Positions 16,699-26,963 of a stretch of 53,202 nucleotides of DNA are shown here, piece after piece; within the stretch, counting starts at the first letter, position 1, and each line of letters starts with the position of its first letter. Source of the stretch: a virus (taxonomy: Duplodnaviria; Caudoviricetes); the IMG/VR virus record IMGVR_UViG_3300033273_000307, positions 1 to 53,202 of that record; one strand, 5' to 3'. Position numbers and translations under genes: made by a program. The notes beneath the pieces are model-generated. The model was not told where the DNA came from. It saw nothing but the letters and a program-made list of their open reading frames with translations, and ran no database searches.

Positions 16699-18513
16699 AT
16701 GGCTGCTATTATTTCTGATAAGTTTCGTATTTTTAATGCGAAACAATTCCTAGAGTCTCTAACAGAAGGTGCTACTGACACCAGTGCAGAGCGTTCTAGA
16801 ATGTACTTCTTTGTGGGTCGTCCACAACCTTGGAGAGCATATCTAGAAATCTACTCCAAGAACGCTACCTCATTTACAGTTGGTGACGAAGTGTACGTAG
16901 GAACTTATGCTTCTACTCCCTTCCGTGCCACGATTGCTGCCGTTTATGATAGTGCCCTTTTAGTTTACGACGTTTTTGGCAGCAATGGTGTCAATTCTGC
17001 TCCAGCTTTAGGAACTGCACTGAAGTGTAGAACTGGCGGCGCAGGTGGATCCGATACAGGTGCTACTGCAGTCTCTGGTGTATATCGTTACGCAGACGAG
17101 AACGTTCCCCCTCTGCCTCTCGATAACCAAACAGAAAAGGTTGGTCTCTACGACGAAATTATCGCTGCTAAGCGTATCACTGATGCTTATGCAAGAACAG
17201 TCATCCGCCGTTACAACTGGGATCTAGTTGCTAATCCTAAGTTTGACATGTGGAAGCCTGACTACTCTGATACCCCTGGTGGCGGTGGTCAGATTGGTAA
17301 GGCAACTGCAACTGGTGCTACCAGCATTGCTGATGCTAAGTTCTATGTAATGAACTCTGCATACGAAGTATTTAAGTGTCTCTACAATGGTGAGAATCCT
17401 TCTAACAGCACTGGTCAGAACGCAACTGAGGAACCAACTGTAGCAGGTGCAAACTATGATGCTGCTACTGGTCTCTATACCGAAAGCACTGGCGCTGGTT
17501 ACATCTGGAAGTACATGTACACCATCCCAACCGATGATGTTCTGAAGTTCCTCTCTTCCGACTTCATGCCAATCGTTCTTCCTGGCAACACTTCCAGAAC
17601 AAACGTTGTTTCTCTTGCTGTTGCTGGTGCATGTGATGTTGCACTAATCGAAGACACTGGCGCAGGTCTCCCCGCTTCCCAGACACTATACACTTCTATC
17701 AAGGGTGATGGAACTGGTGGTGTTGTTGAGTTCGTAACAAATGGTTCTGGTGGTATCACTTCCGCAGCTATTCAAGCACGTGGATCTGGTTACACCTATG
17801 CTAATGTCCTTCTTGGAAATGGCAACCTCTTCTCTGATGCTGGTCTAACCTCTGCAGTTGCTACTGCTAGTGGTGCAACTGGTGCTATTGAAGTTGTTCT
17901 TCCTCCTCTAGGTGGTCATGGTTCTGACCATGAAACAGAACTTAATGGTAAGCGTGTGATGACAAACATCCGTCTAACCTACTCTGAAGGTTCTGGTGAC
18001 TTCCCTGTTGATAACGACTTCCGTCGCATCGGTATCGTTGCTGACCCATACAACTATGGCACAACTTCCTATGCAACTGCTGATACCCTCTCTGGTCTAA
18101 AGGCAGTCAAGATTACTGGTGCTACTGCTGATTACAACCCTGACGAGACTATTGTTCAGACTGTAACTGGTGGTACTGCAAGAGGAACCGTTGTTTCCTG
18201 GACACTTGATAGTGGTTCGACTACTGCTGGTGTTCTCAAGTACATCCAAACGTCTGATGCACACACGGATCAGGGTGTTGTAAGAGCATTCGAGAGCAAT
18301 GCTGCTAACGCAATCACTGGTGAAGCATCTGCTGCATCGGGTAACGTTGATACTGCTTACGCTTCTGCACTTCTAGGTTCTTCCTTCACTGCAGGTCTTG
18401 CCAATCCAGAGATTGAGAACAACTCGGGTAATGTAATTTACATCGAGAACCGTCGTCTTATCACCCGTGCTCCTGACCAGATTGAAGATATCAAACTAGT
18501 AATCGAATTCTGA
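16699..18513 (+). CDS. gp8: Baseplate wedge subunit gp8
   Basis: MAAIISDKFRIFNA, YFFVGRPQPW, VFKCLYN, GYIWKYMY, NDFRRIG, IYIENR...EDIKLVIEF motifs. Confidence 0.92.
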   Translation: MAAIISDKFRIFNAKQFLESLTEGATDTSAERSRMYFFVGRPQPWRAYLEIYSKNATSFTVGDEVYVGTYASTPFRATIAAVYDSALLVYDVFGSNGVNSAPALGTALKCRTGGAGGSDTGATAVSGVYRYADENVPPLPLDNQTEKVGLYDEIIAAKRITDAYARTVIRRYNWDLVANPKFDMWKPDYSDTPGGGGQIGKATATGATSIADAKFYVMNSAYEVFKCLYNGENPSNSTGQNATEEPTVAGANYDAATGLYTESTGAGYIWKYMYTIPTDDVLKFLSSDFMPIVLPGNTSRTNVVSLAVAGACDVALIEDTGAGLPASQTLYTSIKGDGTGGVVEFVTNGSGGITSAAIQARGSGYTYANVLLGNGNLFSDAGLTSAVATASGATGAIEVVLPPLGGHGSDHETELNGKRVMTNIRLTYSEGSGDFPVDNDFRRIGIVADPYNYGTTSYATADTLSGLKAVKITGATADYNPDETIVQTVTGGTARGTVVSWTLDSGSTTAGVLKYIQTSDAHTDQGVVRAFESNAANAITGEASAASGNVDTAYASALLGSSFTAGLANPEIENNSGNVIYIENRRLITRAPDQIEDIKLVIEF

Positions 18514-18533
18514 TGTGAAAGAGAGACATCAAG

Positions 18534-18563
18534 AATCCCTCCAGCAATGGGGGGATTTTTTTT
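18534..18563 (+). terminator. Rho-independent terminator after gp8
   Basis: AATCCCTCCA-GCAA-TGGGGGGATT followed by a long T run. Confidence 0.85.
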
Positions 18564-18569
18564 ATCTCT

Positions 18570-18577
18570 ACTAAATA
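18570..18577 (+). promoter_or_regulatory. T4-like late promoter
   Basis: ACTAAATA between the terminator and ORF 18612. Confidence 0.65.
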
Positions 18578-18611
18578 CTAGGGACAAGATGCTAGTATTT
18601 GGCGGAGTACA

Positions 18612-21600
18612 ATGCCACAAAAGACTAACCTTAATGTAAATCCTTACTACGAGGACTTCGACGCGAACAAGAATTTTTATAAGATTCTATTCCGTCCTGG
18701 TTACTCTATCCAAGGTAGAGAATTAACACAAGTTCAATCGATTCTTCAGAATCAAATTGAATCCTTCGGTAAGTATGCATTTAAACAGGGGGAATTGGTA
18801 ATCCCAGGTGAAGTTGGACTCAACACCAAATTAGATTATGTAAAATTATCTTCCGTATCAGAAGTAGCAATAGGCGAAGGAAATGATATTGTCTACAGAA
18901 AGTATGATATCACACAGTTGGTTGGACAACAACTAACTGGACTAACATCTGGTGTCACTGCAACAGTTTTAGCAGCAAGATTATCAACCGAGTCTAGTGC
19001 TGATACTGTTTATGTAAATTATATTAACAGTGGTAACTCTAACACAGAAGAAACTTTTAGGCAAGGCGAAACCCTAGAGGTTGTTGATGGTGTCAATACA
19101 CCACTTCTAGTTGTCGGTACAGACGGTAGTGTTCTACCAACTAGCATCCAAGTCACAAATCCAGACACACAAGAAGTAACATCCATTGACAGTCCTGCAA
19201 TGGGTTATGGTTCAGCTGTAAAGGTCCAAGAAGGTATTTACTTTGTTAATGGTTACTTTGTTCGTAATGACGAGCAACTCCTCATTATCGACGAATACTA
19301 CAACAAACCTTCCGCAAAAGTTGGATTTACAATCAAAGAGTCGATTGTAACTCCAGAAGAAGATGCATCTCTATATGATAATGCAATTGGATCTTCTAAC
19401 TACACTGCTCCTGGTGGTCACAGACTGAAGATTAGTCTAGAACTAAAAGAGTTTGCACTGAATGCAATTACAGATAAGAACTTCATTCAGTTACTTACTG
19501 TATCCAGAGGTAAAATTCAAAGAAAGATCCAAGGAACAGATTTCAGTGTTCTAGAGCAAACTCTAGCACGTAGAACATTTGATGAGAGTGGAGATTACGT
19601 TGTAGACAACTTCGCTGTAGATATCAGAGAGTATGCTCAGAAAGATGGCAATCGTGGTATCTATGCTGCAGATGAATTTGGTCTGTATAACAATCTGACT
19701 TCTACCGAAGCATCCAGAAAGATGGTGGCTACCATTGGTCCTGGTAAAGCATATGTCAAAGGATATGAAATTGTCAACAAAGAAACTAAGTATCTAGATA
19801 TTAGTAAGGCAAGAGAGAGTTTGTCCTCTGACAATGTAACTCTAAAGACAAAGGGTCTGCCAACTTACAGCATTACAAACGTATTTGGTAGTGTACCTCT
19901 CAACAAAGAAGGGTCTGAACTTACAGCGTATCCAGATCTATTCTTCTATGCATCTTTCAACGATGGTTCTATTGGTCTAAATGATACAGAACTTGCAAGT
20001 GATCATAGACAAACTATCAACAGAAGAGGGGAAGTATTCAGTGTAGATGATGGCATCAAGACTATCACTTTGCAAATCACAAATACTGTAACTCTTATTG
20101 GTGCAGTAACTGATGCAACTTTTGATTCTCAATTCTCTGAGCTGTTCTTTATTAAGACTAGAACTGACACAGGATCTACTGCTGCTATCTCAAGTTTCAA
20201 ATCTTTATCATTTGCTACAACCAACAAACCACTAATCAATCCAGCCGAATCTGTTCAGTTTTTAGAACTCACTGTTTCTGGTAGAAAAGATGAACTGGAA
20301 CAACTCTTGCTGGAGTATGATGATTCTGATTCTGAATACAAGAGAAAAATCTTCTTAACCGAGGCAGATGCTGCTAACAATTCGAATGAATTTGGTTTCA
20401 TTGTAGATTATACTGACACCATTACTCCTGTTATTGGTAAAGCAAAACCAAGTAATTTTGTACTGCAAAAATTAGGATCTGGTTTCAACTCAGACTCTGA
20501 TATTGTCCTATCTAGAGGGCGTTTAGCAAACGGAGATGCTACTTACAATTCTATCTTTGGATTGTCTTACTTTGATCCAACATTCTACACCAAAATTCAG
20601 TTAGATGCAACTCCTACTGGATCTAATGCATTCCAAGCAGGTAAGTATATTTTTGGATTAGGGAGCAAAGCTTATGGTGTTGTAGAAGGATCTGATACTG
20701 GAGTATATTCCATTGGAAGTCTCCTTTACATTAAAACTCTATCTGGTAGATTTACTTCTGGTGAAACAGTAAGAGATGAAGATGGCAATACCGCTAGAAT
20801 TGCAACCGACAATACTATTTCCCATTTTGTTGTTCAAAACAGAGGACTTGGTTATGCTGATGGCGTAACTCTACTAGTTAATGGTTTTGAATTTGACTCT
20901 TCTAAGATTGCAATTTCTAAGACCAGTGATGGTAAGGTCTACAAGGCAGTTATTGCAGATAGAAATGCAGTATCTTTACAATATGCACAACCACCTGCTG
21001 TAACTGTCAAAAATCCAGATGCTGCTGGTGCTCCAAACTCTGCAGCAGCAGTTGTCCCTGTTCTATTCAGAAACAGCGTAACAACTTATACACCACAGAA
21101 CGTCAAGTCACTTGGTTGCAGTTATGGTTCTGGTAACTCTAACAACTTCAGTGCTGATGTTGTTGTGGATAGTCAGACATATTCTGAAATTAAGTCCGTT
21201 ACTGACTTTACATTCTTCGGATCTCAGGGATCCAACTTCATTGAATCTACAAGTTTCAGTGCAGATGCATCCACTATTCTACAGCAAGGAGATCTAGTAC
21301 AATTCTCTGATGATAATAATAATCTAGTAAGAGCAATTGTTCAGTATGCAACTGAGCAAAACGGACCATTCAAAACTAGAGTTTATTTTGATACCGCTCT
21401 ACCAGGACCAGTAACTAATACTAGTATCGTTCGTTTACGTCCTAAAGTTGTCAATGCAAATAGTGGCACACTAATCTTCCCAACTGGAAGTAAGCAGGTA
21501 TCTCAACTAGCATACAGTGACGAAGAGAGCAAGATCAAATACTACTTCCGTAGAGATTTTGTCACTACTGCTTCTGGTGATGCTAACGCAATTACATTCA

Positions 21601-24600
21601 AAGCACAACTTCCATTTGGAACACAGAGATTTGCTGCATACAGCAAAGAGAACTTCGTGATTACAGTTCTCGATCCTGGTGATGCTCCCAATATTGCAAT
21701 TGGTGATATTCTATATGTTTCCCAGGACGAAGTAAATATTACTTCTAAGACAGATACTACCAGTGGTCTAACTTCTGGAAGTATTAGTCTAGCACTTCCT
21801 TCATCTTACTTTGGAACAATTCCTTCTAATGGAACATATCCAAAATTAAAACTGACTGCAACAGTTGAAGTAAGCAATGCTAAACCAAGACTAAAAACTG
21901 CAATTAGAAATAAGAGAATTACAGTTGCATCCGCAGGTGATCGTGTAGTTCCATTCAGAGGATCTGATTATGATACTAAAGCAGTAGAGACTATTTCTTA
22001 CTCTGATGCATTCAAACTGAGATACGTATATGAAGGAACTTCTTCTCAACCACCTGAACTCGATAGTGCAGGCAATCTAATTTCTGGTACAGATGTAACT
22101 AATAAGTTTACGTTTGACAACGGTCAAAGAGACACTGTTTATGATGTCTCCAGACTTGTTCTAAAACCAGGATTTGAACCTACAAGTGGTCAGTTGGTAA
22201 TTGCCTTTGATTATTTTGTACATTCTCAAGGTGACTTCTGTACCATTGATAGTTATCTACATGAAGCAGGTGTTCCTGAAGATGAGATTCCTACATTCAA
22301 TTCTTCTGTTCATAAGGTAGTAGAACTTAAAAACGTACTAGACTTTAGACCTAAGGTAGATTCCAACGCTATTATTTCTGGTTTCCAGAATAACACAAGT
22401 CTTGGATCAACATCTGGTTCGTTTGCTGGTTCTGGTGCTGTTGTTTCTAGCACTCCTGCTCCAGATAATAATATTGAATACACATTCTCCTTCAGTCAGG
22501 TACAATACTTAGATCGCATTGATGGTATTTTCTTAGACAAGAAAGGCAACTTTATAGTCAAAGAAGGTAACTCTTCCCTCAATCCATCTAAACCAGATCC
22601 TATTGAGGATGCAGTTCCTCTCTTCTATGCATACATTCCTGCATTCACAAAAGACAGTAAGGACGTAAGAATTACTCCTGTTGATAACAGACGCTACACG
22701 ATGCGTGATATTGGTAAGTTGGAGAAGCGCATTGAGCGTCTCGAATACTATACCACACTTAGCATTCTAGAGCAACAAGCTCTCAACATGCAAGTCAAAG
22801 ATGAAATTGGACTTGATAGATTCAAGTCTGGATTCTTTGTTGATAATTTTGAGGCACATAGAGTTGGCAACCTCAATTCTCTTGACTACAAATGCTCTAT
22901 TGATAGCAGACAATCTACACTAAGACCACAGTCAAAAGAAGATTCTATTGATCTTGTAGAAGTTAATACTAGAAATGATCAAAGATCTGTTTCTGGATAC
23001 ACCAGATCTGGTAATATTGTTACTTTGCCATATGGAAGTCTAGAACTACTAGGGAATGATTTTGCTTCTAAGACTCTAAATCCAAATCCATTTGTTGTTC
23101 TACAGTATGTTGGTGACGGTGAAGTTTCACCATCCATCGACCAGTGGTATGATGATTCACAAGAACCATTGGTTGTAGACACAAACACCAATCTATACAC
23201 AATTTTCCTTGCAAAAGAAAATGTAAAAGAGAGTCTATCGAGTCTCCACAACTCTTTCGTTGTAAACTGGGTAGGAACTTCACCTGCATTTACTTCTATC
23301 AATTCTCTTGGTGAACTGAATACTCAGGATGCAATTTCTTCTGTTGCTAGTGCATCTGTTGGAAGTTCCTCCAACATCAGTCCACAGAATAATGACATTG
23401 CAAAAGGTGTTCAGTCGAAGAGTGTTGGTGAAACTCAAGTGTCTACAGCTCTTGCATTCTTCGCAAGAAGCAAACCAGTCAAGTTTGTTATTCGTAGACT
23501 GAAACCAAATACTAAGATCAATGTATTCCTTGAGGGAAGAAACATTAATCGTTGGGTCAATCCCGATCTAAGATTCACTGGTATTGCTGGCAACTCGTTG
23601 TCTGCTTTCAATGGAAGTGTAACCACTGATGAGTATGGAAATGCTAGTGGTTTAATTCTTCTGCCTTCTGGTTATCCACCACTACAAAATGCAACTTGGG
23701 GTGGAGATGTAAGCACTGTATCATATGACACCAACGCTGAACAATTGAACTTCACCACAGGTGAGTTGACATTTAGATTTACATCTAGTGCTACAAATGA
23801 AAGCAAAGAGACAGTTGATACTTATGCAGAAGTAAAATATTATGCTTCTGGAACTCTACCACAGAATCCTTCCAGCATTGTATCCACAAAACCATCCTAC
23901 TTCAAAGCGAACGAGGGTGTACAACTTATCGAAAGCAATACTGATAATCCAGTAAGACCAAATCCTCTCGCCCAGACTTTCAAAATTGAGAATCTGGATG
24001 GTGGTTGTTTTGTTACTGGTGTTGATCTCTACTTCAATAAGAAGAGCACCAACATTCCAATCAAGACATACATTACTAATGTAGATGCAGAAAAACCAGG
24101 CAAGAATATTGTTCCTGGAACAGAAAAGGTACTATCTCCAAATACATTCCTCAAGTGTACTGCTAGTGGAAACATGTCGGTATACAAAGGAGAAAATGTA
24201 ACTGGTGCTTCTTCTGCTGCTTCTGGTCCTATTCTCCAGATCTTTGATAAGAACAATGTAGAACTAGTTGCTACTGCATCTGGCAGATACAGTCTTACCA
24301 ATGAGCAAGTCTATACTGTAGTCTTGAGCAATCACAACGGCAGATCTTTCTCTGCAAATGAAGATCTAATTATCCCATCCGTAACACTAGCAAATGCTAC
24401 TGATGGAACAGACTTTGTTCTAAGTATTGCTAAGGATAGTGGAAAACTATCGGACATCAGAGTTACTAATCCTGGTACTAACTATGACAGTGCTGTTCTG
24501 ACTCTAGAGAGTCCACAACTTCCTGGTGGTTCTACTGCTACTGCATCTATTAAAGTTTCTGGTGGTAAGATCTATAATGTAGAAGTTTCTTTACCTGGAT

Positions 24601-26747
24601 TCGGATACACCGAAGCACCTTCTGTTGTTATCAGAGGTGTTGGTAATGGTGCTGGCGGATGTGAAGTAGAAACTTTCATCGAGATTGATACACCTGCAGT
24701 AAGAATGGGAGTTGCTGTTGATAGAGACGGTGTTACTGAATCTACAACTCCAACACACTTTGGGTATGATTATCCCGTATATCTACAAAATGATACTGAG
24801 TATGCACTTGTAGTTGAAACTGATTCTGTTGATTATGAGATGTGGGTATCTAGACTAGGTGAGACTGACATTGCTACAAGCACTGTTATTACTACCCAAC
24901 CAGCACTGGGTTCTGTATACAGATCTCAGAATACTGAAAGTTGGACAGAAGATATCTTTGAAGATCTCAAGTTTACCATGTATCGTGCAGAGTTTGCTAT
25001 TGAGCGTCCTGCAGAATTGGTACTAAGAAATGCTTCTCTTGGATACGAGTTATTGGATGAAAATCCATTTGAGACAAATGCAAGTTCCAGCAGCAACTCC
25101 ACATCTAAGTTGTTCAAGAACAACAATGCTATTGTCAAAGTATCCCATAGAGATAACGGATTTGAAACTGGTGGAGATTCTTATGTATTTTACAGAACCG
25201 CCAAGACAGTTGGTGGAATTACTGCTTCCACACTAAACAATGGGTTGTTTCAAGTTACCAACTCTGGCATAGATCATTATAACATTAATACGGTATCCAA
25301 AGCAGCTGCTAATGCTATTGGTGGCGGAGATGCAGTTTATGCTTCTTACAACAGAAAATACGAAACTCTATATCCACAGGTTCATTATCTATCGTTTACT
25401 GGAACAACTCTTAGCACAGAAGTCAAAACAACTAACGTTGTCCCTGTAGATAGTTCTACAACTAACTACACTTCTTATTCTCAGAGTCAGTATGAAAAGA
25501 CATTCTTGAATGAGTCTCACTATTTCACAAATCAGAAGTTTATTGCATCTGATATTAATGAAACACTAAACGGTATTACAAGTTCTCTGAACTATAAGAT
25601 GACTTTGACTTCTACAGTATCTCATCTATCTCCTGTAATTGATCTTTCTAGTGCATCTGTCAAGACTTCTACAAACAGAGTTGAGAATGCTAAAGGACAA
25701 GAGAATCGTTATGGAAGAAGAGATCAAATCATCAAATTCTATCCAGTATATCAATTTGAAGTATCTGGTCAAGGTGGAGCAGATATTAGTGTCAACCAGT
25801 CTATCGTTGGTAACACAACCAAGGCATCTGGTATTATCGCTCGTGTAGACGGAAACGTTCTTTATGTAAGATTGAAGACATCCCAATTCTTCCAGAAAGG
25901 AGAGGGTGTAACTCTCAGTGACGACACTGGATTGACCGCAGTAGTTGTTGATTCCAATCCAACACAACTATTCTTTGACATTGCCGACTCTGCCACAATT
26001 ACAGCACGCAATCCAGTTGCTGTCTATAATACTGTCGAAGAAGGAACGGAAGCATATTATAATATTATTACTGGTAAGTCTGTTGTCTGGAATAGTAAAA
26101 CACAAGAACTAACTGTACGAGTTGATACACAACCAATTGGTGATGACTATACTTCCAGAATTGTAGATGACAATACTCAGTTTGGCAGAAAAGTATTTGA
26201 TTCTAATGGCACAACTGCTCAGCAAGCAGATATCTTCCGTGTAGGAGATTTCATTATGCATCCAGATGCAGATGAAACTAACGAAAGAGCATACTTGGAA
26301 GTTGGAACTATTACATATACTGATGGTATCGAGTTTGTTGCAGAAAATACATCTAAGAATGGATCCGCTGCAGCAAAATATGTTACTAAAGAAATTGCAA
26401 TTAACAGTCCTGCAACTTCTATTGACGTACACCTATTAGCAAATGTCAAAGACATTGCTGATGTCAAAGTTCTGTATAGATTCAAGAAAGCATCCAGTCA
26501 AGAAAACTTTGAAGATATCGATTGGGTATTCTTCAATGAAACTGGAATGCCAGATACAGCAGAAATTGCTACCAGCGAAAACACCATCTCTGGTGTAGTT
26601 GAAAAGCAATCTGCATATCAGGATCTCAAGTACAGTGTAGCAGATCTACCAGAATTCTCCTCATTTGCAATCAAAATTGTAATGGCATCTGTAGATCCCG
26701 CGTTTGTACCCAAGATTCAAGACATTAGAGCCGTAGCGTCCTTCTAA
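18612..26747 (+). CDS. VrlC-like / DUF4815-type large virion structural protein (2711 aa)
   Basis: NLNVNPYYEDFD...ILFRPGYSIQGRELTQ.QSILQNQ, LARRTFDESGDY, RYTMRDIGKLEKRI, PLAQTF motifs; follows gp8 as in cyanomyoviruses. Confidence 0.85.
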   Translation: MPQKTNLNVNPYYEDFDANKNFYKILFRPGYSIQGRELTQVQSILQNQIESFGKYAFKQGELVIPGEVGLNTKLDYVKLSSVSEVAIGEGNDIVYRKYDITQLVGQQLTGLTSGVTATVLAARLSTESSADTVYVNYINSGNSNTEETFRQGETLEVVDGVNTPLLVVGTDGSVLPTSIQVTNPDTQEVTSIDSPAMGYGSAVKVQEGIYFVNGYFVRNDEQLLIIDEYYNKPSAKVGFTIKESIVTPEEDASLYDNAIGSSNYTAPGGHRLKISLELKEFALNAITDKNFIQLLTVSRGKIQRKIQGTDFSVLEQTLARRTFDESGDYVVDNFAVDIREYAQKDGNRGIYAADEFGLYNNLTSTEASRKMVATIGPGKAYVKGYEIVNKETKYLDISKARESLSSDNVTLKTKGLPTYSITNVFGSVPLNKEGSELTAYPDLFFYASFNDGSIGLNDTELASDHRQTINRRGEVFSVDDGIKTITLQITNTVTLIGAVTDATFDSQFSELFFIKTRTDTGSTAAISSFKSLSFATTNKPLINPAESVQFLELTVSGRKDELEQLLLEYDDSDSEYKRKIFLTEADAANNSNEFGFIVDYTDTITPVIGKAKPSNFVLQKLGSGFNSDSDIVLSRGRLANGDATYNSIFGLSYFDPTFYTKIQLDATPTGSNAFQAGKYIFGLGSKAYGVVEGSDTGVYSIGSLLYIKTLSGRFTSGETVRDEDGNTARIATDNTISHFVVQNRGLGYADGVTLLVNGFEFDSSKIAISKTSDGKVYKAVIADRNAVSLQYAQPPAVTVKNPDAAGAPNSAAAVVPVLFRNSVTTYTPQNVKSLGCSYGSGNSNNFSADVVVDSQTYSEIKSVTDFTFFGSQGSNFIESTSFSADASTILQQGDLVQFSDDNNNLVRAIVQYATEQNGPFKTRVYFDTALPGPVTNTSIVRLRPKVVNANSGTLIFPTGSKQVSQLAYSDEESKIKYYFRRDFVTTASGDANAITFKAQLPFGTQRFAAYSKENFVITVLDPGDAPNIAIGDILYVSQDEVNITSKTDTTSGLTSGSISLALPSSYFGTIPSNGTYPKLKLTATVEVSNAKPRLKTAIRNKRITVASAGDRVVPFRGSDYDTKAVETISYSDAFKLRYVYEGTSSQPPELDSAGNLISGTDVTNKFTFDNGQRDTVYDVSRLVLKPGFEPTSGQLVIAFDYFVHSQGDFCTIDSYLHEAGVPEDEIPTFNSSVHKVVELKNVLDFRPKVDSNAIISGFQNNTSLGSTSGSFAGSGAVVSSTPAPDNNIEYTFSFSQVQYLDRIDGIFLDKKGNFIVKEGNSSLNPSKPDPIEDAVPLFYAYIPAFTKDSKDVRITPVDNRRYTMRDIGKLEKRIERLEYYTTLSILEQQALNMQVKDEIGLDRFKSGFFVDNFEAHRVGNLNSLDYKCSIDSRQSTLRPQSKEDSIDLVEVNTRNDQRSVSGYTRSGNIVTLPYGSLELLGNDFASKTLNPNPFVVLQYVGDGEVSPSIDQWYDDSQEPLVVDTNTNLYTIFLAKENVKESLSSLHNSFVVNWVGTSPAFTSINSLGELNTQDAISSVASASVGSSSNISPQNNDIAKGVQSKSVGETQVSTALAFFARSKPVKFVIRRLKPNTKINVFLEGRNINRWVNPDLRFTGIAGNSLSAFNGSVTTDEYGNASGLILLPSGYPPLQNATWGGDVSTVSYDTNAEQLNFTTGELTFRFTSSATNESKETVDTYAEVKYYASGTLPQNPSSIVSTKPSYFKANEGVQLIESNTDNPVRPNPLAQTFKIENLDGGCFVTGVDLYFNKKSTNIPIKTYITNVDAEKPGKNIVPGTEKVLSPNTFLKCTASGNMSVYKGENVTGASSAASGPILQIFDKNNVELVATASGRYSLTNEQVYTVVLSNHNGRSFSANEDLIIPSVTLANATDGTDFVLSIAKDSGKLSDIRVTNPGTNYDSAVLTLESPQLPGGSTATASIKVSGGKIYNVEVSLPGFGYTEAPSVVIRGVGNGAGGCEVETFIEIDTPAVRMGVAVDRDGVTESTTPTHFGYDYPVYLQNDTEYALVVETDSVDYEMWVSRLGETDIATSTVITTQPALGSVYRSQNTESWTEDIFEDLKFTMYRAEFAIERPAELVLRNASLGYELLDENPFETNASSSSNSTSKLFKNNNAIVKVSHRDNGFETGGDSYVFYRTAKTVGGITASTLNNGLFQVTNSGIDHYNINTVSKAAANAIGGGDAVYASYNRKYETLYPQVHYLSFTGTTLSTEVKTTNVVPVDSSTTNYTSYSQSQYEKTFLNESHYFTNQKFIASDINETLNGITSSLNYKMTLTSTVSHLSPVIDLSSASVKTSTNRVENAKGQENRYGRRDQIIKFYPVYQFEVSGQGGADISVNQSIVGNTTKASGIIARVDGNVLYVRLKTSQFFQKGEGVTLSDDTGLTAVVVDSNPTQLFFDIADSATITARNPVAVYNTVEEGTEAYYNIITGKSVVWNSKTQELTVRVDTQPIGDDYTSRIVDDNTQFGRKVFDSNGTTAQQADIFRVGDFIMHPDADETNERAYLEVGTITYTDGIEFVAENTSKNGSAAAKYVTKEIAINSPATSIDVHLLANVKDIADVKVLYRFKKASSQENFEDIDWVFFNETGMPDTAEIATSENTISGVVEKQSAYQDLKYSVADLPEFSSFAIKIVMASVDPAFVPKIQDIRAVASF

Positions 26748-26756
26748 TCTCCGCGC

Positions 26757-26963
26757 ATGGATTATATAAAGGTAAGTGGTCATGATGGTCTCGTAAGAGA
26801 CCAAAACACTGGTGCCATCATCAATCTCGACGATTCTGCTATTGATGCAAGACGTAAATCGAAACATCTCGGTTCCGCGTTAGAAGACATAAATATGTTG
26901 AAGAATGAAATCTCCGAAATAAAATCACTACTGAGAGAGTTAATCAAAAATGCCAGCAGTTAA
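26757..26963 (+). CDS. Small conserved hypothetical protein (68 aa, C-terminal coiled coil)
   Basis: KVSGHDGLVRDQNTGAIIN motif; packed between two structural genes. Confidence 0.8.
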   Translation: MDYIKVSGHDGLVRDQNTGAIINLDDSAIDARRKSKHLGSALEDINMLKNEISEIKSLLRELIKNASS